A stretch of 63,950 nt of DNA, filler included, from Barthelona sp. PAP020 (taxonomy: Eukaryota): assembly GCA_040182905.1 (NCBI GenBank). It is 10 parts of 10 records of this genome, joined end to end, with 100 filler letters (N's around TTAATTAATTAA, not from the genome) between each part and the next. Parts side by side here need not be neighbours in the genome. Positions count along the whole stretch, not along the records: positions 52,942 to 59,361 come from JARQWU010000550.1; positions 59,462 to 63,950 come from JARQWU010000663.1; 8 more parts are not named here. One strand, written 5' to 3'. The translations under genes and the position numbers were made by a program. The notes under the pieces were generated by a model. It was not told the origin of the DNA. It saw only the letters and a list, made by a program, of their open reading frames with translations, and did not search any database. How positions within the stretch are numbered: position 1 is the first letter of the stretch; every line of letters begins with the position of its first letter. This document shows, piece after piece, positions 55,739-63,950 of the stretch.

Positions 55739-56869
55739 ATGGATATCGATCAAAGATTCAATCTCATCATGAGCATTGGTGAGGAAGTTATCAAGCCAAG
55801 TGAGTTAAGAGAATTATTAGAAAAAAAAGAACATCCTCTTGTATATGATGGTTTTGAGCCTTCAGGCAGAATTCATATCGCTCAAGGTCTTTTTAAGGCT
55901 CTCAATGTTAAGAAATTAGTAACTGCTGGTTGTCATGTCATCTTTTATGTTGCTGATACATTTGCCAAGATGAACAACAAAATGGGTGGTAATTTGGAGC
56001 ATATTAGAAAGTTGGGTGATTACTTCGTACATGTTTGGAAGGCATGTGGTGTTCCTCTTGAACATATCACTTTTGTCTATGCTTCTGAACACACCAAAAA
56101 TCCTGAATATTGGGACACTGTTATTGATATTGCATATAACTCCACTCTTAAGCGCATTATTCGTTGTAATACTGCAATGGGAAGATCCGATGATTATGAT
56201 CTTAGTGCAGCTCAAATTATGTATCCATGTATGCAAGCCGCTGATGTTTTTACTCTTGGTGTTGATATTTGTCAATTGGGAATGGATCAACGCAAAGTGA
56301 ATATGCTTGCACGTGAGTATTGCAAGGTTATTGGAAAGAAAGACAAACCTGTCATTGTTTCAAATCATATGTTACTTGGACTTACGGCTGGACAGCTTAA
56401 AATGTCAAAGTCAAATCCTGACAGTGCTATATTTATGGATGATACTGCAAAGGAAGTCTGGAAGAAAATTAAAAAGGCATATTGTCCCGAAAGTGAGGTC
56501 TACGATGAAAAGCACAATATCATTAACCCTGTTATGGACTATATGAAAAGTATTGTTTTCCCCTACATTGTTGGAACTGATTTACTTCCTGGCATTGAAG
56601 AAGTTGTTGTTGTTGAACGTGAAGAACAAGATGGTGGAAATCTTTTCTTTAAAACTTATGAAGAATTGGAAGAGGTCTATTTGCGTCCTGCTGGTGAAGG
56701 CAATTTGTTCCCCCTTGATCTCAAGAAATGTTTGAACAAATATATCAATCAATTGTTGGAACCTGTTAGATCCTACTTTGAAACAAATGAAGAAGCTCAT
56801 GAATTACGCGAATGGGTTTATGCAAATGCCAAGAATCGCAAAAATGAAACAAAGAAGAGAATCAAATAA
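55739..56869 (+). CDS. YARS: Tyrosyl-tRNA synthetase (cytosolic, plant/protist type)
   Basis: YDGFEPSGRIHIAQG, AQIMYPCMQAADV, QLGMDQRKVN, KMSKS. Confidence 0.96.
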   Translation: MDIDQRFNLIMSIGEEVIKPSELRELLEKKEHPLVYDGFEPSGRIHIAQGLFKALNVKKLVTAGCHVIFYVADTFAKMNNKMGGNLEHIRKLGDYFVHVWKACGVPLEHITFVYASEHTKNPEYWDTVIDIAYNSTLKRIIRCNTAMGRSDDYDLSAAQIMYPCMQAADVFTLGVDICQLGMDQRKVNMLAREYCKVIGKKDKPVIVSNHMLLGLTAGQLKMSKSNPDSAIFMDDTAKEVWKKIKKAYCPESEVYDEKHNIINPVMDYMKSIVFPYIVGTDLLPGIEEVVVVEREEQDGGNLFFKTYEELEEVYLRPAGEGNLFPLDLKKCLNKYINQLLEPVRSYFETNEEAHELREWVYANAKNRKNETKKRIK

Positions 56870-57484
56870 GTCACAATTAGTCAATCCGTGTGTCATCCGT
56901 TTATAAAATTGATAAAAAATGTTTTTATAATAAATTTTGTGCTTTATCATTTGCGAATTGAATCAAATATGAAGATTCACCATATTTGTTTGACTTTTCA
57001 ATGTGGTTTAATGTAGTTTTCTCTTCTTGACAAAGGATAAAATCTGGGAATTTATTAACAAAAATTGATAAAATTTTTTGAGATGAAAGCACAATTATCT
57101 CCATGATTTAGAGATAAACAAAGTTTATCTTGCTGTGCTGCATTACAAAGGGAAAATTGTTGATAGTTAGAATTTTGAATTTTGAAACTCTTCATTTTTT
57201 CTTTTTGGCTCTTTTTTTTTTTTGAGGGTTTTTTTTCTGCAGCACATAATTATTGACTTTATATTTTAATCAGTTAGACTCATGAAAAAATAAAAAGAAA
57301 GGATATATTTATTCCACATTTCTAAATTTATTGTCTAAATATTCATTTTCAAAAATAAGAAGAGATTTTGAATAGTTCAGTTCATAATTTTGAATTTAAG
57401 GATTAAAAATGAAATGAGAATCAAACTACTTAAAGAAACCAAAAACAACCGGATCTCAAAATTTAGACCCATTTTTTTGTTTTT

Positions 57485-59329
57485 ATGACTGAAATTCCAG
57501 TTACAAGAGTTTCTGATTTTCCAACAGAAACCAATTTGTATGATCAAATTGAAAATAGAAACACTCTTTTTAAATCTTTTAGAAGGACTGTCAATCAATT
57601 ACTTGATGTTCCTTCATTTGGGTATCGAACCAAGGATTTTGCTGAAGGTAATTTTGGTGATTACGTTTATTATACTTGGAAACAATTTTATCTTATGGTT
57701 ATTAAACTTTCAATTGCTTTACAACAATGGGGAATTGAAAAAGGCGATAAAATAGCTATTTTTTCGGAAAATTCATATCGTTGGACAGCTGTTGATCTTG
57801 CATGTCAAAGAATTGGAGCTATCACTGTTCCTGTTTATTGTGGAATTTCTATTGATGATGTTCATTATGTTTTAAATGATTCAGATGCAACTGTTGTGTT
57901 TTGTTCTCTTGATCGACTTCCTACAGTTAATAGAATTATGCCTACCTTGTCTAAAGTATCAAGAGTTTTTTTGATGGATTGTTATCCATGGGAATGTATT
58001 GCTGGTGTTGAATCTGGGTTCAATTATGACGCTACTATAACTGATCTTTTGAATGAGGTTTCCATCACGTTTGAACAAGCCATCGAAATTGAGGACTTGT
58101 CCAAACCAGAGGATATATCAACATTTATTTATACATCAGGGACTACTGGAAATCCAAAGGGTGCTATGTTGACAAATTATAACATTTGTAGTGCTATGCA
58201 CACTGTGAATGTGGCATTTCCTGATCATGATTTCGATCAACATTATTACTTTTCATATTTACCGATTGCTCATGTTTTCGAGAGACTACTTATTCATTTG
58301 CACATTGCACATGGGTCTAGAATTAGTTTTATTACCAATATGAAGAACCTTACCACTGAAATGGCGCTATTCCAACCTACTTTCATGATAATGGTTCCAA
58401 GAGTGTTGGAAAAGCTTTATACCGGTATTTTGAACAAGATCAATGAAAAAGGTTTTGTTTCTAAATGGTTGTTCAACCGTGCTAAAGCAGCAACTGAAAA
58501 CGTGTATTTCAATGGTGGATCAACACCAATTTACGATATGCTGGTTCTTAACAAAGTTAGATCGGCATTGGGTGGAAGATTGAACACCGTTTTTCTTGGA
58601 TCTGCAAAGAGTAATCCAGAACACTTATTATTTGCCAGAACAGTACTTGGTATTCACAATTTTTTGGAAGGATATGGTGCTTCTGAAAATGTTTGTACTG
58701 TTTTTGTTCAGAGACCAGGAGCAGTTTCAATTGGTGATGTTGGTAAACCTTATACAAATGTTGAATACCATATTGAACCAGTTGAAGAGTTAGGTTACAC
58801 CCTTAAGGATAAAAATCCTCGTGGGGAATTGTGGATTCGTGGTCCTGTTGTTTTCAAAGGTTATTACAATTTGCCTGAAAAAACAAAAGAATGTTTCACT
58901 GAAGATGGTTGGTTTAAAACCAATGACATCGTGGAAAAGTTGCCCGACAATTCTTATGTCATTATTGATCGAGTTAATCAAATTATCAAGCATTTTAATG
59001 GTGAGTACATTCATCCTGAAGCTATTGAGAATATTTTGAAAGATACTGAAGGAATTGATGATGTTTGGCTTATTACAGGTGCTCCAAAACTTGGTGCATT
59101 TGTCTGGACTTCTCTTGAAGAATCTGAAGAGGAAATTCTTTGTAGACTTAATCATCAAGCTGAACAATCTGATCTCAGAAGATTTGAGAGGTTAGCTGCA
59201 ATTAGATTGATGAATGGTGAACTTTCATCTGAAGATGGAGTGTTAACTGCCACTCAAAAGAAACGCAGAAGAGTTTTAGAACGCTTTTATGCAAAAGAAG
59301 TAGAGGAATTGAAGACTCATCTTCAATAA
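57485..59329 (+). CDS. Long-chain acyl-CoA synthetase
   Basis: YTSGTTGNPKG, YLPIAHVFE, EGYGASE, GWFKTND, IIDR. Confidence 0.93.
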   Translation: MTEIPVTRVSDFPTETNLYDQIENRNTLFKSFRRTVNQLLDVPSFGYRTKDFAEGNFGDYVYYTWKQFYLMVIKLSIALQQWGIEKGDKIAIFSENSYRWTAVDLACQRIGAITVPVYCGISIDDVHYVLNDSDATVVFCSLDRLPTVNRIMPTLSKVSRVFLMDCYPWECIAGVESGFNYDATITDLLNEVSITFEQAIEIEDLSKPEDISTFIYTSGTTGNPKGAMLTNYNICSAMHTVNVAFPDHDFDQHYYFSYLPIAHVFERLLIHLHIAHGSRISFITNMKNLTTEMALFQPTFMIMVPRVLEKLYTGILNKINEKGFVSKWLFNRAKAATENVYFNGGSTPIYDMLVLNKVRSALGGRLNTVFLGSAKSNPEHLLFARTVLGIHNFLEGYGASENVCTVFVQRPGAVSIGDVGKPYTNVEYHIEPVEELGYTLKDKNPRGELWIRGPVVFKGYYNLPEKTKECFTEDGWFKTNDIVEKLPDNSYVIIDRVNQIIKHFNGEYIHPEAIENILKDTEGIDDVWLITGAPKLGAFVWTSLEESEEEILCRLNHQAEQSDLRRFERLAAIRLMNGELSSEDGVLTATQKKRRRVLERFYAKEVEELKTHLQ

Positions 59330-59361
59330 ACTATTTAAATTTTTTTTTTTTTTTTTTTTTT

Positions 59362-59461
59362 NNNNNNNNNNNNNNNNNNNNNNNNNNNNNNNNNNNNNNN
59401 NNNNNTTAATTAATTAANNNNNNNNNNNNNNNNNNNNNNNNNNNNNNNNNNNNNNNNNNNN
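59362..59461. other. Artificial contig linker
   Basis: N-TTAATTAATTAA-N. Confidence 0.99.
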
Positions 59462-59819
59462 TGGACAAGATATTATGAGATTATTGGGTGTGGTTGAGCA
59501 AGATTTGTCAGATTGTATGTTGAAGCAAGGTATGTTGGCTGTTCCCAAGGATTTAAATGATCAATTAGAAACCAAAACTCCCCAAGCAACCCCTGATATT
59601 GGCTCTTTCAAAAATTTAGCAACACCTTCCACACATTTAAATTTAAACTTACCTTCACAAAACGATCTATCTGATGATGATGAAAATCAAGCTGTTGAAG
59701 AAGATTTTACAATACCTCTTTCCAGAAAAGATTTGAAGGAGCGTGCTTTAAAATTCATGGCTGAATCATCTAAAAAACCTCTTGCTACTCCTTCAATGAA
59801 ACAAAAGAAAAGACGTTAA
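59462..59819 (+). CDS. Hypothetical protein, 3' fragment
   Basis: Open from contig start to TAA; PLSRKDLK motif near the end. Confidence 0.5.
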
Positions 59820-59829
59820 TGTATAAAAA

Positions 59830-60228
59830 TTTTTATTTTTCTTCTTTTGCGAACCTTTTCCAGAACTTTACCAAAATAGAAACTGGAAATCTCAGTTGAC
59901 TCAGAAATAATAATGTTTGACCCTAATTATTTCCGGGGAATCCAGCGTTTTGCTAAAAGGAACCTCTCTTTTTTGAGACCTACTCTTTCATAGACTGTCA
60001 TAGGAGAGCTAAGCTCTATGCGGGATATGAAATATTGCATTGCGAATTGCTCAAAAGAGCTTGACGCTCCAATATATTTCAAATTCATCTTAATTGTGTA
60101 AGTTTTCTTGCATTTATCATGGCAGATCAAAAATTTGAGGTTAGGTTAAGGGAATAGTCCGTACTTTGAGGAAAAAAGGAATCACAAAATTTCAATTCAG
60201 AAAAACAATGGTGAATAACCTTCTTCTT
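59830..60228 (+). mobile_element. Dispersed repeat copy C (full length, more diverged)
   Basis: GCGAACCTTTTCCAGAACTTT...CTCAGTTGAC...TGAGACCTACTCTTTCATAG...GCTCAAAAGAGC...GGCAGATCAAAAATTTG...TAGGTTAAGGGAATAGTCCGTAC, colinear with copy B. Confidence 0.88.
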
Positions 60229-60443
60229 TTTTTTTTGGCGTTTTTTTTTTTTTTCACTGTTTCAACCTTTAAAACTTTTTTCACATTCTTTTTTTTTTTT
60301 TTGAAATTTTTTTTGTTGCTTTTTTTTTTTTTCACTGTTTCAACCTTGAAAACTTGTTACACATTCATTATTTTGTATTTGAAATCTTCTTTGTTGCTTT
60401 ATCTTAAATAAAAAAATGGTTTTTTTCTTAATTTTTGTTCAAC

Positions 60444-63251
60444 ATGCCTCCTGTAACGACTAAGAAAAAGAGATTAGAATTGGTGGATTTAGAACATGCG
60501 TTGGATAGTTGTTCTGAAGAAAGAGAGATTGATGATGAATTTTTAGAATTTGCCAAATTTTTAGGAATTGATCCAGTTAAAGAAAAGGATTTATTATGGA
60601 TTGCCTCAAAAGGGTTATGTTTAGATTTACCGCCGGGATTTCAACAATTTTTTGATAAAGTTTCAGGAAAGGAATATTATTATGATTTATCGACAAAAAC
60701 AACATCATGGTCTCATCCTTGGGATGAACTATTAATTGAAAAAGTTAAAAAAGAACGAGAAGTTCAGTTGAAATCCAAAACACAGTTGAAAAAGAAAATT
60801 CAAAATCCAATTCAGGTGAAACCTCAAATAACAAATAAACCGAAAGGAAATTTACTTAAACTACCCAAAGCTTCAACAACCAAAATGGATGTGAGAGAAG
60901 AGACATCTGGGGATGAAGTTTTGGACCTTTTGGACACTTTCCGTGGTTCTTTGGAATCTCCAAATGAATTTGAAAATCTTAGACGTGATCAAGAAGAGGA
61001 GCTAGATTCAATTAAAGAAAAGCATAAAATTTACGTTCGTAACCTTCAAAATGATCAAGAAAATGAAATCAGACATTTGAAAGAAGAAAAAGCAAAGAAT
61101 TTACAAAAATTGAAAAGAGATCTGAAGATTGAATTAGATGAAGAAATTGGAAAAATTGAACAAACAAACAAAGAGAAATTGATAATGTTGAAAGCTGAAA
61201 AGAAAAACAAATTGCAAATGGAACAAAATGTGCTTGATAAAGAGCACAAAACATTGAATTTGAAGAAAGACAATTTGAATGATGAATTAATTGAGTTGAA
61301 AAGCGAAAAAGATTTGATTGTGAAAACTTTGGAATCTTTACAAACACAAAAAATTAATTTAGACAAACAAATTAATGATATTGAATCTGAAAAGAACATT
61401 TTAAAATTGGAACTAAATACGTTGAAAAGTGAGAAAATTGTGATTGAACAACAAATAGAACAATCTAACATTGAAAAAAATGAAATAGTAAACGAGATTA
61501 AACCTCTTAAAAATGAAAAATCGTTGCTTTTGAAACAAATAGCGGATTTAGAGAGCAAAAAAAATGAATTTACTCAAAAATTAGCTCCTTATAAAGAAGA
61601 AGCAAATTCGATTGAAGAATATTTATCAAATTTAAAAATTGAAAAAAATGAGGTTGAGGAACAATTGAAACCTTTAAAAGATGAAATATCGGAACTCAAT
61701 AGGCAGATTTCAATATTAAAATCTGAAAAAAAAATTCTTTTTGACCAGCAAAATACGCAACAATTACAATTGGAAAAAGAAATGAGATCTCTTGAAAGCC
61801 AAGAACTACAAATTCGAAATCAACAAAGATCAATCGAAAAGAAAGAACATGATTTGGAATTGAAGAGAATGGAACTCAGAAAAGAAGAAAATGAAGTCAA
61901 CGATTTGCTAATTCAAATTAGAAGAGAAAAAAATGAGCATCAAGACGAATTGTATCGATTACGTTCATCTTTTTCTCATGATATTGCTGAAGCTCATAAT
62001 TCTAAAATCAACCATAAAAATGAAGACAATGAAATGATGGCTCTTCTGAATGATTTTTCAAATAAAATATCACAACAATTAAATGTACAAAAAGATACTT
62101 TGCGTGAACATATACATCGCTTAGAAACTAGTTTTACTGCACTTGAAACAAGACAAAATGTTTTATCTGAAGTTCAAGCAAAATCCCAATTGCCACAACC
62201 CCAAACACAAATCCCACAAAATTCCAAAGAATATAAAACTGAACTAGATGAATTAAGACGTTATTTCGACAGTTCTTTGGCAACACTTGGTGAAAAAATT
62301 ATGGTTAAAGCCACAGAAAAAGATAAACAAAATGTTGAACCATCCTATGTCTCACCAATAATTCCATTAGAAGCACGGAAAGATAAAGTAATTTCCAAAG
62401 AAATTGATGAAGATGAAGCACGTACCTCTGTTGAAATTACGTTCAAAAGACTTATTCAAGAAACAAAAGCTGAAGCATTGCGAATATCAGCTGCTGAAGA
62501 TTATTTATCTGAAAAAAGAAAAGAAATACAGAAGCACGGTGATTCTTTGAAAAAACAACGTTATGAATGGCAAAAAAGAGCAGATTTGTTAAATAAAACT
62601 AGAATTTCTAAAAATTCTCACGAATATCGTGAATTAAAACAAATGAAAAAAGATCTTGAAAATGATACTCGAAAATACAACAAAAAATTGGAGCAAATAC
62701 ATTGGAAAAAACAATATATTCAACAAAGACAAAAGAATTTAAGAGTGATTGCTGAATATCTTGATTCAAAATACACAGTATTGAAACAAAATTTTTTGGA
62801 TATTGGAATTTCTGATGCTGTTCTAAATTTGGAGACTGAAATGAATGTTAATGGGTCAGATTCCGATTTAGAGCCTTTTAACATTGATGAATCATTGTTT
62901 TTCCCTGAAACACCATTTGATAATGAAATTACCAATTCTATAAATCATCAAGAAGTTGTAACTCCATTATCTGGAGACATTTCGACTTTTGCAAAAGAGA
63001 ATGCAACTAAAAATAAAAAAAAATCGAATAAATTAGCTTTCAGTAATAAAGAAAATAAATCCTCTGTTTTAGACCATTTGGAAAAATCAAGAATGTTTTA
63101 TTCCGATATTCCCGTGTTGAGAACAAATTTTGCTGAAGAATCAAAACTTGCAGCGTTTAATAGAGATTTATGTGATTGGATTTCAGCTAAAAGAAGTTTA
63201 CAAAACAAATTGAAATCAAGTGCTGATTTTTTAAGAAATTGTAAATTCTGA
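60444..63251 (+). CDS. CEP164: CEP164-like centriolar distal appendage protein (WW + coiled coil)
   Basis: EFAKFLGIDPVKEKDLLWIA...LPPG...YYYD...TTSWSHP is the CEP164 N-terminal signature; long coiled coil. Confidence 0.8.
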   Translation: MPPVTTKKKRLELVDLEHALDSCSEEREIDDEFLEFAKFLGIDPVKEKDLLWIASKGLCLDLPPGFQQFFDKVSGKEYYYDLSTKTTSWSHPWDELLIEKVKKEREVQLKSKTQLKKKIQNPIQVKPQITNKPKGNLLKLPKASTTKMDVREETSGDEVLDLLDTFRGSLESPNEFENLRRDQEEELDSIKEKHKIYVRNLQNDQENEIRHLKEEKAKNLQKLKRDLKIELDEEIGKIEQTNKEKLIMLKAEKKNKLQMEQNVLDKEHKTLNLKKDNLNDELIELKSEKDLIVKTLESLQTQKINLDKQINDIESEKNILKLELNTLKSEKIVIEQQIEQSNIEKNEIVNEIKPLKNEKSLLLKQIADLESKKNEFTQKLAPYKEEANSIEEYLSNLKIEKNEVEEQLKPLKDEISELNRQISILKSEKKILFDQQNTQQLQLEKEMRSLESQELQIRNQQRSIEKKEHDLELKRMELRKEENEVNDLLIQIRREKNEHQDELYRLRSSFSHDIAEAHNSKINHKNEDNEMMALLNDFSNKISQQLNVQKDTLREHIHRLETSFTALETRQNVLSEVQAKSQLPQPQTQIPQNSKEYKTELDELRRYFDSSLATLGEKIMVKATEKDKQNVEPSYVSPIIPLEARKDKVISKEIDEDEARTSVEITFKRLIQETKAEALRISAAEDYLSEKRKEIQKHGDSLKKQRYEWQKRADLLNKTRISKNSHEYRELKQMKKDLENDTRKYNKKLEQIHWKKQYIQQRQKNLRVIAEYLDSKYTVLKQNFLDIGISDAVLNLETEMNVNGSDSDLEPFNIDESLFFPETPFDNEITNSINHQEVVTPLSGDISTFAKENATKNKKKSNKLAFSNKENKSSVLDHLEKSRMFYSDIPVLRTNFAEESKLAAFNRDLCDWISAKRSLQNKLKSSADFLRNCKF

Positions 63252-63769
63252 TGTATTTATTTATTTGTTTTTTTCAAATTTTCCAATAATATATTAGCAA
63301 AAAATAGTCTATACAGAATAAAATTTTGTATCTTATCCTTACTAGTATCGAATAGAATCTCTGTTTGCAAAAAGATTCCCTTTTTTTTTTACTAGTGCTT
63401 CCCAAACATGAATATGGCTTGCTCTCTTGTTGTTTTAGGTGAACTAGATAAAAAATGATATTACCTAATGGCTAAAATGGCTGCAAAGACATTTTTTCTT
63501 GACATGAAAAAGTTGTGGTTGAAAAAAAAAATTTCGAAAAGAAAGTCTTTATTCATACCTTTTGACAATTACTTTGAGCCAATTTTTAACAAAAAAAAAG
63601 TGGAAGAAAGGAATTTATGCACAAAACAGGTTCAAAAGGCTCCATAAAAAAAAGTTGTTAGCAATCAACAACATACACTATTTTATTGCTGTTCAAAAAC
63701 TGACACAAAAAATAAAAATTAACAAATAACTTCAAATTTTTAAATTAGAAAAGAAAAAGTTTGATGAAA

Positions 63770-63950
63770 TCACAAGAATCTTTCTAATTCCATTTCAAGT
63801 TCTTCTTCCTCTTCAGCAGATATTAATTCATGCAAAAATTGGGATTCCTCTGTTGAACCAATTATTTCTTCCGGTTCAATGGAATCACCATGTTCTCCAA
63901 ATAATTCAGACAACTTATCCATATTAATTCTTGAAGAAACACGCGATTTC
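63770..63950 (-). CDS. 3' end of a gene, possibly TFIIIB subunit BRF1
   Basis: KSRVSSRINMDKLSELF resembles the BRF1 C-terminal S.KINYD.L block, then an acidic tail and TGA. Confidence 0.45.
   Translation of the reverse strand, partial: KSRVSSRINMDKLSELFGEHGDSIEPEEIIGSTEESQFLHELISAEEEEELEMELERFL

Noticed and set aside
6586..59461. Nine evenly spaced TTAATTAATTAA palindromes within N-runs
   Set aside because: Assembly linkers: each is 100 nt and contig lengths fall monotonically (6580, 6540, 6511, 6504, 6498, 6482, 6441, 6420). Not biological.

Overview
Eukaryotic, very AT-rich, gene-dense DNA from a flagellated protist. It encodes axonemal dynein light chains p28 and LC1, CEP164-like, ATAT1 and MYCBP proteins and uses the standard code. 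Tiny 35-45 nt introns with the branch point close to the 3' splice site suggest a metamonad-like lineage (inference only). The window is not one locus: ten roughly 6.4-6.6 kb contigs in descending size order are joined by 100-nt N-TTAATTAATTAA-N linkers, so adjacency across linkers is meaningless. Most contigs carry housekeeping or cytoskeletal genes, plus one tRNA-Asp. Contig 20006-26516 stands out. It holds a 1320-aa protein with an MLKL-like four-helix-bundle N-terminus, a kinase, about 16 ankyrin repeats varying at ligand-facing positions, and a pseudokinase produced by a 2460-bp tandem duplication. This gene is bracketed by two inverted copies of a roughly 400-bp hairpin-rich dispersed element (four copies in the window, Helentron/HINE-like ends) and lies next to a non-LTR reverse transcriptase relic. 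Together these make a candidate mobile, diversifying cell-death or immune receptor. Also notable are a bacterial-type DUF2589 gene and alpha- and beta-tubulin tails that both end in ADY.
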